From a virus (lineage: Duplodnaviria; Heunggongvirae; Uroviricota; Caudoviricetes): DNA of 64,000 nt. Shown here piece after piece: positions 40,486 to 51,530 of the stretch. A program made the translations under genes and the position numbers. Location of the stretch: IMG/VR virus record IMGVR_UViG_3300001357_000001, positions 1 to 64,000 of that record. One strand, 5' to 3'. Position 1 is the stretch's first letter, and each line of letters starts with the position of its first letter. The notes under the pieces were generated by a model. The model did not search any database. It was not told the origin of the DNA and was given only the letters and a program-made list of their open reading frames with translations.

Positions 40486-42774
40486 CTATGATAAATCCAT
40501 AGCAAGCTGTAAAATTGTTATTTGTTCTTCTTCTAAGTTTTCTGCATTCCAAGGAAGATTAAAATAACTTAATGTTTTAGTATTTTTCTTTTGCAATTCT
40601 TCAACTTCATCTACCCATTCACAAAATTCTTTTTGTTCTTTAGTAGGTTTTACTTTTTGAAAATCAAAATATTGACCTAATTCACTTCTATAATGTTGTA
40701 TTCTACTATCTCTAATATTATTAGGAATTGTATTGATAAAGGCATTAATTTTCTCAATCTTCTTTCCCCAATTATCATCAATTTTATTAATAAAACCTTT
40801 ACGATAAAAATCGGCAAGACCTTGATATTTTTCAACAACACTATATATTTGAAAATATTTCAATATCATGTCTTCTTTTCTCGGCAACATATAGGTAAAG
40901 AAATCTTTTATGTGTCTGGCATTCTTACAATACTTCAAATATTTAGTATTGTTTTTCGATACCTGTATAAACATAATGCTCTTTTTATCACTATCACTTT
41001 TCAAATTTTTTCTATAATCAATACGTCTGACAACAGCATCAGCATCAAATAAGAGTTTAAACAACCTAACTGCTTCATCAAGTTTATAATCATCATCAGT
41101 AGTACCATAGAAAATCGGCATATTATAATCAAATAAATTACCTAACTCAACTCTGTCTCTGGAATAACCGCCAATAAATTTAACAGGAATAGTCTTTTTT
41201 CTAAGTTCAGAACTAAGTTCGTTTTTACGTTTACGACTTTCAATAAATTCTTGTGGTACTTCTAATTCATCATAATCAATTCCATTCTCACGAATGATAT
41301 CGAAATATTCTTCTTGCATATCAATTAATTCCTGAACAAAAGGTAGTGTATTACCTTTGTCATCAACAATATCATCAAGATGTACATTGAATACGTCAGC
41401 AATATCAGAACGTGACCACTTACTAATTATTCTTTTCTTAATAATATAGTATGTCTCGAACTCACTCTTAAGATATGATTGCTTAATCATTTTACGATTA
41501 AACTCACCATCAACATATACTATGTTATTCTTATTTACAATCGTCTCATATCCACCTTCAAATCCGTCTCTACTTGCATAATAACCATATCTTCTTCTAG
41601 GCTTTTTACCATAGGTTTTTGCATCAAAGAAAAATCTAAACAATTGTTTGTCATTAGGCATTTTAGTAAATTGATACTTGAAGTTTGAGAAGTCAATATC
41701 TTTTTGAGTAATTAGATTTCCTACGTACATTGACTTGTTATTAGGAAAAACTAATTTACCGAAGTCATGCTTAACCTGAAAATATTCCTTTAATGTAACA
41801 ATGTCTTCATATTGCTTACTAATTAAAGTAATAATTTCATTCTTAGCTGCTTCTAACTTCTTCTTCAACATTTTGATTGTAGTCTCACTATAATCAAGAC
41901 TCTCACGACTAACTGTAACACCTATGTCACCTACTTCAAGTTTTAGTGCAATTGGTAGACTGTAATCGCTTGAATGTAAATCTAATGCATCATAATCAAT
42001 CGGATAAGCGACTTTACCTAAACACACGTGCATGTTGTTACTATAGTCATCACCACGAAATAAGAAGTTCTTACCTCTGATTATCAGATAATCATTAGTT
42101 AATGTATCATGTTGATATGTGTCTTCAAAACCTTCAAAAATGATGTTTTCGAAGTAATAAAGTTGTCTCACCATTTCTTTAGCAAAAGTGCTAATATCTT
42201 TTTCAAGTACTGGAACTTGGATTTCAGTACCATTTCTTTCTTCTGTTGGTTCTTCATGAAGTTTTGAAATTCGAGGTGTATGTTTACCTTCATATATATG
42301 ATATATGTATTTAATACCATTAAAAACAGTTATAATTTGATATGAATTATCATATTCTGCTTCACCTAAACCTATTTTACGTTTATATGCTAACGGGGTC
42401 TTCGAACCCAACCCAAACGCACCAATCTGGTCATTACTATCACGTTTAGTACTACTAAACATCACAGAAAATATTGTATCTATTCTTTGTGGTGATATTC
42501 CAACACCATAATCAATAAAACTAATATAATGAGTACCCGTTGTATTATCTTGATGTTTTTTTATTAAAACAGGGGCATTAGCTCCTGCTTCAACATGACT
42601 ATCAAAACAATTCGATGTTATCTCACGAACAACACTACCAATAGGATTACTATAAATGTTTTTTGAAAACATTTGAAAAATAATGCTTTGTGAATCATTA
42701 GATAATGTAATATCTTTTTCTTCGGTTGTAGTCAAAACATCAACATCGGAATAACTATTAATATCGTATTTCAT
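40486..42774 (-). CDS. rIIA: rIIA-like protein with an N-terminal GHKL (Hsp90/MORC-type) ATPase domain
   Basis: N box EITSNCFDS, G1 box FIDYGVGIS, G2 box IGAFGLGSKT; 762 aa, comparable in size to T4 rIIA. Confidence 0.55.
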   Translation of the reverse strand: MKYDINSYSDVDVLTTTEEKDITLSNDSQSIIFQMFSKNIYSNPIGSVVREITSNCFDSHVEAGANAPVLIKKHQDNTTGTHYISFIDYGVGISPQRIDTIFSVMFSSTKRDSNDQIGAFGLGSKTPLAYKRKIGLGEAEYDNSYQIITVFNGIKYIYHIYEGKHTPRISKLHEEPTEERNGTEIQVPVLEKDISTFAKEMVRQLYYFENIIFEGFEDTYQHDTLTNDYLIIRGKNFLFRGDDYSNNMHVCLGKVAYPIDYDALDLHSSDYSLPIALKLEVGDIGVTVSRESLDYSETTIKMLKKKLEAAKNEIITLISKQYEDIVTLKEYFQVKHDFGKLVFPNNKSMYVGNLITQKDIDFSNFKYQFTKMPNDKQLFRFFFDAKTYGKKPRRRYGYYASRDGFEGGYETIVNKNNIVYVDGEFNRKMIKQSYLKSEFETYYIIKKRIISKWSRSDIADVFNVHLDDIVDDKGNTLPFVQELIDMQEEYFDIIRENGIDYDELEVPQEFIESRKRKNELSSELRKKTIPVKFIGGYSRDRVELGNLFDYNMPIFYGTTDDDYKLDEAVRLFKLLFDADAVVRRIDYRKNLKSDSDKKSIMFIQVSKNNTKYLKYCKNARHIKDFFTYMLPRKEDMILKYFQIYSVVEKYQGLADFYRKGFINKIDDNWGKKIEKINAFINTIPNNIRDSRIQHYRSELGQYFDFQKVKPTKEQKEFCEWVDEVEELQKKNTKTLSYFNLPWNAENLEEEQITILQLAMDLS

Positions 42775-42827
42775 AATATAATTTGTTTTTGGTTATACAT
42801 TTTATACGATTAAAATTAAGATTTGTT

Positions 42828-43649
42828 TCATTTAATCGTCTTTTTTATTGAAAATCCTTTACCACAGTCTTTACATTTAAATCTAATAGAATTATTTCTT
42901 TCACCATTTTTTAATATATTAGGACTATTACAAGTAGAACAACACATATTTCTATCTAAAACTTTATTAACTGGTTTATAATTTAAACATTTTTCTGCTT
43001 TTCTTTTTAATGATATAGTTGAATCATTATACATAAATTTAATTAATTTAAGTATTTCAGATGTTTTAATAAATGATAAATTATAATATGTTTGTTTACC
43101 TTTTCCTTTAGGTGGTTTTACAATAATTTTCCACGATTTCATATCATGTGTTTTCAAATAGGAATTAATTTCATATATAAATTCTTTAGCAACACAACTA
43201 AATTCGATGACTATTAAATTTCTTCTTTTGGCTCTTCTATAAACACTACCATCAGCATCAAAAAATCCTCTAATAAAATGTCGTATTAATTCTGATTTAA
43301 TATTCGGAAGTCTTAATTCATTTGCATTCTCATATGATTTTCTTGGGTATATACCATTTGATAATAAATCCTCATATAATTCTTTAGATGATTTTGAAAG
43401 ATATATTTGTTTTTTCGAATTTTCATTATATTTTGAATAATCGAAGTTACCTACATTAAAAAAAGGGAAATATTCTCTTAATTGATAAATTAAATCTTTA
43501 TCGATAATATTAACACTAATTTTGGTTAAATATCTTATTCTACCCGTCTTCTCCTTATATGTTGTTATTGTACCATCACCATAAAGAAAACCTAATAAAT
43601 ATGCTTTTTCCTGACTATCTATTCTTTTTAATTCATTATTGTACTTCAT
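42828..43649 (-). CDS. LAGLIDADG homing endonuclease (double motif) with a C-terminal zinc ribbon
   Basis: YLLGFLYGDGTI and IRGFFDADGSV; C-terminal CCSTCNSP ... CKDCGKGF. Confidence 0.75.
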   Translation of the reverse strand: MKYNNELKRIDSQEKAYLLGFLYGDGTITTYKEKTGRIRYLTKISVNIIDKDLIYQLREYFPFFNVGNFDYSKYNENSKKQIYLSKSSKELYEDLLSNGIYPRKSYENANELRLPNIKSELIRHFIRGFFDADGSVYRRAKRRNLIVIEFSCVAKEFIYEINSYLKTHDMKSWKIIVKPPKGKGKQTYYNLSFIKTSEILKLIKFMYNDSTISLKRKAEKCLNYKPVNKVLDRNMCCSTCNSPNILKNGERNNSIRFKCKDCGKGFSIKKTIK

Positions 43650-43781
43650 AATATAAATTTACTATAAATACTGTACACCAATACAAAAAACACCAATATG
43701 TTCACTTTCTTATACGTGGAAATAAAAAAAAGGTTACGTATGAAGTAACCTTTTCTAATTATTTTATATTTTTCTTTATTT

Positions 43782-44252
43782 TTAAAACATAATTCCATAT
43801 GCTACACCAACTGCTCCTGCATATAAGAACAGCATTATTATTTGAACTGCGATATATCCTTCCCAATTTTCGTCTTTCTCAATTATTTCATATTTCTTTG
43901 GATTTTTAAAATCAAAAAGACTTGGTTTTTCAACTAATTTCCTCTCGGTCTTATAAAGGTTTTTATATATCATAAGGAATAAGGAAGTAATTATTACCAG
44001 AAATAATAATCCTAATACTATTCTAACTACATCTTTACCCATGACTTTCCATGCGACCATAACTAATGTAAATTTACCGACATCAGTACTACCAAATTTA
44101 TCTGAAACATCAACAACAGCCATCAGACCTTCTTTAACAGCAATTCCGACTTCTTCACCAACACCAACCCAATTACCATAGGTTTGTAATTTCTTTTCCA
44201 TTTCAGCAACCTTAATATCTGATTGATATTTTGCCAGTTGTTCAGGAGTCAT
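43782..44252 (-). CDS. membrane protein
   Basis: two or three transmembrane segments. Confidence 0.4.
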   Translation of the reverse strand: MTPEQLAKYQSDIKVAEMEKKLQTYGNWVGVGEEVGIAVKEGLMAVVDVSDKFGSTDVGKFTLVMVAWKVMGKDVVRIVLGLLFLVIITSLFLMIYKNLYKTERKLVEKPSLFDFKNPKKYEIIEKDENWEGYIAVQIIMLFLYAGAVGVAYGIMF

Positions 44253-44379
44253 ATAGGCTTCAGGATTTCCAACCTTCGAAGGAGTTTATGCTTGTATGCT
44301 GACAGCAACAAACATAATCATTGATAATAATATTAAAAATCTTTTCATTTGTTCTTCTTTTTAGTTAATATTTTAATCC

Positions 44380-44409
44380 TTATACGATTTTAATTAATAA
44401 ATGTTACAA
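44380..44409 (-). promoter_or_regulatory. phage promoter-like motif (minus strand)
   Basis: reverse complement of TTATACGATTTTAATTAATAAATGTTACAA. Confidence 0.5.
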
Positions 44410-45183
44410 ATTATTATTGACTTCCATTCTCTTTTTCATATGCAACATCACCTCGCCAATAATACTTTTTCTTTTTTCATAAGCAGGATTCTCATTACTT
44501 AATTCATCTAATTGATGATATAATTCTTTAAGTAAGTGATATTGTGTTACAGTTATATCATGAAGATTTGTCTGGTTGTTTTTAACGATTTTAACCATAG
44601 TAGATATTGAAGTACCAAGAGAATTAATAGATTCTCTATTACCCTCAATGTTATTAAGTACGGCTTCCATTATATCAACAACAAGTCTGTTCTTTTCTTC
44701 GGACACAGTAATTTTTGATAAAATATTGTTTAGTTCATCTAACAACTCATTATTGTTAAAAGTAGTTGATTCCTGTTTTACTTCTAACAAGTTAACTGCT
44801 TCTGGATTATCATCAGATTCATTAGATTTTTTTTCATCTTTATTTAAATCATCCTGCATTCCTTTAATTGCTATTGCTTCAACCAATTGTCTGGTTGAAT
44901 ACTTATCAGGATTTCTGATTATTGCCAATAATGAACCATAGGTTTTCTTTTTGTTTCTAACGGCATTATAATATTGGAATGCTCTGCGATAATCTGGTTT
45001 AGTACTATTCCATTTATAAATACCATTATCTTCGGTCAAAATATCGTGTTTGAGTAATGATTTTACATCATGACCCTTATGGGATTCAGATTTAATATCG
45101 GTCTTAATATTACCGTTTTTACTTAAATCATAAACTGATTGAAGATAGTTATATGTCTGTCTTATGTTTTCAATTGTTTTCAT
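44404..45183 (-). CDS. hypothetical protein
   Basis: 259 aa. Confidence 0.45.
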   Translation of the reverse strand: MKTIENIRQTYNYLQSVYDLSKNGNIKTDIKSESHKGHDVKSLLKHDILTEDNGIYKWNSTKPDYRRAFQYYNAVRNKKKTYGSLLAIIRNPDKYSTRQLVEAIAIKGMQDDLNKDEKKSNESDDNPEAVNLLEVKQESTTFNNNELLDELNNILSKITVSEEKNRLVVDIMEAVLNNIEGNRESINSLGTSISTMVKIVKNNQTNLHDITVTQYHLLKELYHQLDELSNENPAYEKRKSIIGEVMLHMKKRMEVNNNL

Positions 45184-46118
45184 TATTTCATTTTGAATTT
45201 TATTTGTTTATTTACTTCATTATAAAAAGCAAGGCATTCTTCTGGTGGTTTTTTTAGTCTTATTAAATAAGAATAAACTCTTTTTGCCTTCATTGTTTGT
45301 GCTCTTTCATGTTGAGAAGTTACCATTTGAACGAATTCTTGAATTGAAAAATTCCTATATTTTTCAATATTTCTAGTGCTTTTAGCATCTAATAAATCAT
45401 CCATTCCTTTAGGCATGGGTAAATCTTTATAATCTAAATCAGATGCTTTTTCTTCTTTTGATAATAAGATATTATCTTCACCATATAATTCGGTCTTAAT
45501 ATCTTTTATTATTTCATTGATATCGTCATAAAGATATGTTTTGATGTCGTCATAGAATTTATCGAAATTAAGAGGATATATTATCAAGGCAATTTTTAAA
45601 TATCTTAATGCCTGTTTTTTATTATTTTTCTTATAACTATTGACATATAAATCACATAGATGATAAATCCCTTTTTCAATATACTTAGAACTTTTATTGA
45701 GGTTACGAATTAGTTCCAATGATTTCTGAATAATTTCATATTCTTTAACAATACCATGTTTTTTTACAATTTCTTCGATATTTGATGGTAATGGATTATC
45801 GAGATTATTTAGATTTAAAACATCATTTAGAACTTCAACAGGGTCTTTATCGTAATCATCAAATAAATGTTGAACAGTTTCATTATCTTTTTTTACAAAA
45901 TAATGTGAAAGTAGTGAATCGTATTCAGGTTTTGTGTTATCAAAAGGAATATCAGTTCCAACAAGATGTTTAAAATCTTGATAGAACTGACTTAACACTT
46001 CAATTTTACCTTCAGAAACATAGAGTTTTCTTTTTAACTCCAATATTTCTTCTTCGGCTTTTTTTAATTTATCCGAGTACGATAATAATTGTCTGCGTAA
46101 TCCTTCGATATTATCCAT
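45183..46118 (-). CDS. hypothetical protein
   Basis: 311 aa. Confidence 0.45.
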   Translation of the reverse strand: MDNIEGLRRQLLSYSDKLKKAEEEILELKRKLYVSEGKIEVLSQFYQDFKHLVGTDIPFDNTKPEYDSLLSHYFVKKDNETVQHLFDDYDKDPVEVLNDVLNLNNLDNPLPSNIEEIVKKHGIVKEYEIIQKSLELIRNLNKSSKYIEKGIYHLCDLYVNSYKKNNKKQALRYLKIALIIYPLNFDKFYDDIKTYLYDDINEIIKDIKTELYGEDNILLSKEEKASDLDYKDLPMPKGMDDLLDAKSTRNIEKYRNFSIQEFVQMVTSQHERAQTMKAKRVYSYLIRLKKPPEECLAFYNEVNKQIKFKMK

Positions 46119-47013
46119 AAATTTCTTTTAAATCTTTTTTCGAAAAATGTTTACGATTTAAACCTTGAGGTTCTTGACTGTACTTGAATAAGCACTCAAT
46201 TAAACCATATACCTGATTTGTTCGCAAATAACCTCTTTCATCACTTTTCTTTCCTTTGTTTTCAATCATCATGTCACGAAATTCTCTGACAATTGCAGGA
46301 GTTTTATCAGTACTTGATGTAATTGTTGTTAGAAAATTATCAACAACATCACCATGCTTTTGTTTTTTAGCATAATAAAAACCACTAACAATACTTTCAC
46401 GAATAGCAAGATTAATGTTTTTTCTCCATTTACTAATCTTACCTGATTCGAATGGTTCGTTGTAGTAATCAAAATTATTCTTCACTAGTTCAAATAATTC
46501 GGGATTGGTGAAAAAACCTCTGTTATTAGCGATATCCTTATGATTTTTACTCACGCTTTTGAGTAAATTAATCCCCGCACTTACTCCCGCAGGTTTAGTA
46601 AGTTGTTTACCATTGTAAACCAATGTAGTTAACACGTCTTTATGTGTTCTTCTTTTTCCACAATCAAGCACGTCAAATATGCTGTCATCAACACCTCTTA
46701 CCACAATCGACATGATTGGTTTTTGTGCCTTAACAACTGCTGTGCATCTGGTTTGACCATCAAGTAAACCATTGTTTTTACCAAAGATAATTGGCGCACC
46801 GATTTTCCATCTACCACTTAAAATATCTTTTACATATCCATTAACGGTAGTGGCATTAATTTTCCTGTTTTTTATATTATTGTTACGTAAATTATTTTGC
46901 AAATAATTCATCGCAGCTTCAGGAGTAATAATTTCGATTGTTACCGAAACTTCTTTGTTAATACGTTTTTGTTCAGCAAGTAAATTTGCTAAATAAGAAT
47001 CATTTTTTTTCAT
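46111..47013 (-). CDS. ParB-like nuclease / DGQHR-like domain protein
   Basis: LLDGQTRCTAV resembles the ParB N-terminal / DndB DGQHR motif. Confidence 0.45.
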   Translation of the reverse strand: MKKNDSYLANLLAEQKRINKEVSVTIEIITPEAAMNYLQNNLRNNNIKNRKINATTVNGYVKDILSGRWKIGAPIIFGKNNGLLDGQTRCTAVVKAQKPIMSIVVRGVDDSIFDVLDCGKRRTHKDVLTTLVYNGKQLTKPAGVSAGINLLKSVSKNHKDIANNRGFFTNPELFELVKNNFDYYNEPFESGKISKWRKNINLAIRESIVSGFYYAKKQKHGDVVDNFLTTITSSTDKTPAIVREFRDMMIENKGKKSDERGYLRTNQVYGLIECLFKYSQEPQGLNRKHFSKKDLKEIYG

Positions 47014-47325
47014 AAAATTATTTTTTAATTAAAAATTGTTTTAAATATATGTTTTTTATTATAATTTGTACGATTTTAAATAAAATTTGTTGCAATTATT
47101 AATTAAAACCGATTATCCATTCTCTCATTTGCCTTGCAGTCTGTAAATTATTTGACATCAATAACATCGTGCCTAAATTCAAAGCAATATGGTCGTAAGT
47201 ATCTTTATGCTTACGCATATCATTTTGAAAACTACCGAATGCTTGACCTAAATCACCTTCATCAACATATTTTAATGCTCGTTCTTTGCACCATTTTAAA
47301 TGTTCTTCTCTGCTTGTGTTATTCA

Positions 47326-47775
47326 TTATTTAACATATTTTAATGTTTCATATAGTGCTACTTCAAGTGCTTGTTCATAACTATCCCATTGCCCTCCATC
47401 ATTATCGCCTTCCATATTGTAATCTCGTATAAATGTACCACCACTAATATCACCTTCATTTACATTCCCTGCTTTATTCAATACCCAAAAATAACCACTT
47501 GCATTATTTGGTACTTCAATATGAAGACCATGTTTTTCTCTTAACCATTTTCTCAATTCTTCCTGATATGGAGCAATGGCAATAATTTTTTCTGGATTAA
47601 ACAACGGATGATTTAATACAATTTCACCACTACCATCTTCATATGTAGGATAATAGGCTTCACAATTATTATGTGCTGCTCTATATGGTTGTTGGTCATA
47701 ACCTTTTTCTTTTGCAAAAACTGCTGTTTTATGTGATATTCTTTGTAGTGCCATTATAAATTTTCCTTTATCCAT
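47326..47775 (-). CDS. hypothetical protein, paralog of the ORF at 62025-62435
   Basis: shared blocks LRKWLREKHGLHIEV / LQKWLREKHNIHITI and SYEQALEVALYETLKYV / SYEEALEAGLQEALKLI. Confidence 0.45.
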   Translation of the reverse strand: MDKGKFIMALQRISHKTAVFAKEKGYDQQPYRAAHNNCEAYYPTYEDGSGEIVLNHPLFNPEKIIAIAPYQEELRKWLREKHGLHIEVPNNASGYFWVLNKAGNVNEGDISGGTFIRDYNMEGDNDGGQWDSYEQALEVALYETLKYVK

Positions 47776-48422
47776 TTATCGGTTTCAATATTCCAGACCT
47801 TCATTTCTTCTGAAGTAGACGCATGACCTAATTTTGCTGCTATTTCAGCAACACAATATCTTAAATTTTTTTCATGTTCTTCTCTAGTCCAAGATTTTTT
47901 GAGAAATTTAATATTGATATTATTATCAATATCAACTCTTAGTTTTTCAGTAAAAACATAAGACATAGGTTCGGTTTCTTCTTTAAAATATTCAACGAAT
48001 ACCTGTTTTACTACTTCACCATTATTATATGTTACAATTAATTTATTTAAGAAATTTCTAGGGATTTGAGGTAATATTTCAGTCATACTGCCTTTATCAC
48101 TTTCTACAAGAATTGTAGTTAATGAAGTATTTGTTGTTGCAACTATTTTTTTTGACGATTTGAAAAAGGCTGAACCTACTGTTACATCAGATAATGATTG
48201 TCTTATTTTTCTATCAAAACTATCGTAATACCATTCACCTTTATTTATTTTTTCATCAGAAGTGATGTAGATATGATAATGTTTTACTGGTTCATTATTC
48301 ATGTATTTTTGTGAACTTACTTCTGATTCACTAAACATTTTATTACGTCTACCAATCTTGATATCATAATAGTTTTTATCATCTGTTGGTATAATATGTA
48401 AATCTCTTTTTTTATAACTCAT
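47754..48422 (-). CDS. hypothetical protein
   Basis: 222 aa. Confidence 0.4.
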   Translation of the reverse strand: MSYKKRDLHIIPTDDKNYYDIKIGRRNKMFSESEVSSQKYMNNEPVKHYHIYITSDEKINKGEWYYDSFDRKIRQSLSDVTVGSAFFKSSKKIVATTNTSLTTILVESDKGSMTEILPQIPRNFLNKLIVTYNNGEVVKQVFVEYFKEETEPMSYVFTEKLRVDIDNNINIKFLKKSWTREEHEKNLRYCVAEIAAKLGHASTSEEMKVWNIETDKWIKENL

Positions 48423-49696
48423 TTTATTTAAAAATATTAAATAAGTATTTTTATTAACCTAAATCTCATGAAAAGCAACCAAGTTATGAGAAAATATATT
48501 CCCCAACAAATTAAATATGTCACAAACCATTTTTCTTCGTATTGACTTTCATTAACAAAATTAAGAAATAATCCGAAGAAAATATTTAATCCAAATAAAA
48601 TATCTAATATATGTAATTTCATATTATTTAGCAATTAATTCAAAATTTTCTTTAACAAACTCCGTACATAATTTTTCATCTTTACTATTGAATTTAATTA
48701 TCTCACCACTCCATTTGTAAGGTATGGCATATATCCCTGCAAACTCATTATTATTTAAACGATAAATATCTTTAATAAGATGTTCAATTATATAAGATTT
48801 CTTATTTTCTTTATGTCTGTAAATATTCATTCCTCTACTTCAAAATAATATGGTTTCCAACTATGAAATCCTTGTTGACTACCATCATTACCTGTACTGT
48901 AATATGGATTATTAATGTTAACTGGACGAGCATTAATATATGGTTTACCATCTTTTGTAAATGCACTGCCAATAACGCACCTAACATCCCACTGTTTGCC
49001 TTCTTGGTCTTCATAATGACCTAAACCATGCATCAGAGGATTTGCTTTTAATTTGAGAGTTTTTACTTCTCCTTCATATTTTGTTCTATAACTAAAATTC
49101 ATTCTACTAAATATTCGTTTTTATAATCATTAACACTAAAATCTTCCACCCAATTTTCAAATAGTTCTTGAGCATATTCTTTTGCTTTATTAATATTTTT
49201 AAATTTTCTAAACGATAGTATTTCAAAGTGTTCTGAATTTACAACAAATTCTTTATCAGTGGTTGGACGAATATTTCCTATTTCAAATTTTCTTTTGCCA
49301 TTAGGAGCAAAAATTTTAATTTCAAATAATTTTTTTTCAAATATTAGTTTATTTATTCCCATAGCATGATAATATTTTTATAAATTATCCCAATCAGCAA
49401 TTTTATCCAACAACCATTTAGGTACGGTTATTAAATTTCCTTTAATTACACATACTGATTTAGGAAACCATGTTTCTGCATCACCAGTCATAATTAATAA
49501 CCATGCCTTTGATGTTTCTTTCTTAATGGTTTTAAACTCTAAAATAGTTTCAGGTTCTTCTATGCCTTCAATATAAGAGCAATTATCATCACAAATATCA
49601 TCATTGATGGAACCAATTTGATAGATTCCATCAAGATATTCGTTCATCCCCCTATCAATTTCTATGTCGGCATATTCACCCATATTTTTTTATTTA

Positions 49697-49726
49697 TTAT
49701 ACGAAGATAATAAAAAAATGTTACAA
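49697..49726 (-). promoter_or_regulatory. phage promoter-like motif (minus strand); 35 bp identical to 52287-52321
   Basis: ATTATACGAAGATAATAAAAAAATGTTACAATTTA. Confidence 0.55.
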
Positions 49727-49727
49727 T

Positions 49728-50906
49728 TTAATCAAAATTAAAATATTGTTTGTTCATTGCTATTCTATCTTTTGATATGCTCATGAACATTCCCGCACTG
49801 ATTTTAATTAATCTCCAACCCAATTTCATCGTACTCTGATGACAATTCTGGATATAATCAAATATTATCTGAATTTGTTTGTCGGTCATCTGTACATTAG
49901 CTTTATCTATTTTTTCATTTAAACATCCTGCAAAATGGACATTATTGCCATGTATTTTAACCCAACCCTGTTGTTCTAACCAAACATCTGGATTAACCTT
50001 ATTTCCGTACTTATCTTCTTCATTAGGAACAATACCTTTTTCTTGCAGGGCATCGGCAATTTGATTATGTAACATATTAGCAATTTCACCATTTAAAGCA
50101 TAATACTGTCCTTCTGGACTCAGCCATCCCGCACTATAATTATCTAATATGTCAACGGGTTCAATACCTTCTTCAATCGTTTTATTAATTTCTCTCGTGG
50201 CATTAAGATAATTGGTTAGTTCTGATGCTTCTTCAAAATTAAAATCAACCATATCACCAACGATTCTCTTAACACTATCAATCATTAATAATGCTTCCCC
50301 AAGTTCGTATTCAATATCATTTTTTTCAACATCAGTTAATTGATTATGAAATATTTTCGATAAATCTTTAATTGTAGTAAATATCTTAAATGATGTTTCG
50401 ATATATTTTTTTGCAAGTATTGCACCATCATATGCTGTAGATATTACCTCGTCTTCAAGTAATATTTCTAATGCATCATCACCTTTTAGATTACCACCAA
50501 ATAATAATTTTAACCTCGATATAGGAATGTCAATATTAAATTTAGTTCTGTATCTAAATTTTCGACTAACTAAATCCAATATGGTTTTCATTTCTTCACC
50601 ATTATCGAAGATTTCTTTACATTTTTTTACCGACCATTCGGCAATATCAAAAACAGGATAATCTACATGATTTTCATTACGTTCAGTATTTACATTAACT
50701 TCTTCACCACCTTCACATACTTCGATAACATAATCACCTTTAATCACTTTTAATGCCATTTCAACTGGAATACCTTGTAAGCCTTCTGTAATGGTTTCAA
50801 CACCTTTTTTTACATCATAATTATACATGATATGTTCTTGTGCTACCTGCGCAAGTAATATTCCAAATGTCTCGCCTAATCTCATGTGTAATACTTGTGT
50901 GCTCAT
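49728..50906 (-). CDS. hypothetical protein (start adjusted to MSTQVL; the upstream part of the supplied ORF contains the promoter)
   Basis: about 392 aa. Confidence 0.45.
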   Translation of the reverse strand: MSTQVLHMRLGETFGILLAQVAQEHIMYNYDVKKGVETITEGLQGIPVEMALKVIKGDYVIEVCEGGEEVNVNTERNENHVDYPVFDIAEWSVKKCKEIFDNGEEMKTILDLVSRKFRYRTKFNIDIPISRLKLLFGGNLKGDDALEILLEDEVISTAYDGAILAKKYIETSFKIFTTIKDLSKIFHNQLTDVEKNDIEYELGEALLMIDSVKRIVGDMVDFNFEEASELTNYLNATREINKTIEEGIEPVDILDNYSAGWLSPEGQYYALNGEIANMLHNQIADALQEKGIVPNEEDKYGNKVNPDVWLEQQGWVKIHGNNVHFAGCLNEKIDKANVQMTDKQIQIIFDYIQNCHQSTMKLGWRLIKISAGMFMSISKDRIAMNKQYFNFD

Positions 50907-50932
50907 AATTTTGTGTTTTTGATTATAATTAT

Positions 50933-50962
50933 TATACGAAGAACAACAATTTTTGTTACAAA
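50933..50962 (-). promoter_or_regulatory. phage promoter-like motif (minus strand)
   Basis: reverse complement of TTATACGAAGAACAACAATTTTTGTTACAA. Confidence 0.55.
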
Positions 50963-51438
50963 AAAACCCTTTCAAGTCATGACTTTCTTAACATAAACTT
51001 GAAAGGGTTTTAGTACAGTCGCAATAGGGTGCGAACCCTTCTGTACCAACCATTGCCGTAGTCACTTTCTTGGCAGTTGCTTTACGTCATGTAAACCGCA
51101 ATCCCACAGCAATCAAGTGGGGATATTTTGGAGAGCGTGGCACAACTTTTCACCCGACTCCGCTATTTCGGACACCAAGCGAATTTTCGGTTGGATTTCT
51201 CGTGACGATGGAGGGATTCGAACCCACAATAACCTTAATCATAATTAATATTCAATACTGTCTATCATGTTAATGTTTACGTAATTATCAACATGATTTC
51301 CTTCTCGTCCATTAATTAGACAACCATAACTCATGCGCCATCATTATGGTAATGGTACTCTCCCATCTCAAAGCTGACAAGGAAGCGACTTTGAACCAAT
51401 TTGTCCACACCGTCATAAATATATAAGAACGTTTTTTG

Positions 51439-51530
51439 TGGTATTGAAAGGAATCGAACCTCTCTCCAGAGTAAAAATCTGGCACATTGCCACGTAGTAT
51501 CACGTTAATACTACTCCATGCTTCAATACC
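51439..51530 (-). tRNA. tRNA-like gene, anticodon UUU (Lys) predicted, with an atypical 21-nt hairpin insertion in the D-loop region
   Basis: minus strand reads GGTATTG ... CCAGA-TTTTTAC-TCTGG ... AGAGGTTCGATTCCTTT-CAATACC-A; 7 bp acceptor stem; canonical GGTTCGATTCC T-arm. Confidence 0.45.

Noticed and set aside
40486-42774. DNA topoisomerase II, MutL or Hsp90 identity for the GHKL protein
   Set aside because: The G2 box (IGAFGLGSKT) and the overall size fit MORC/Hsp90-type folds, as found in rIIA, better than GyrB or MutL. Synteny with the rIIB-like gene also favours rIIA.
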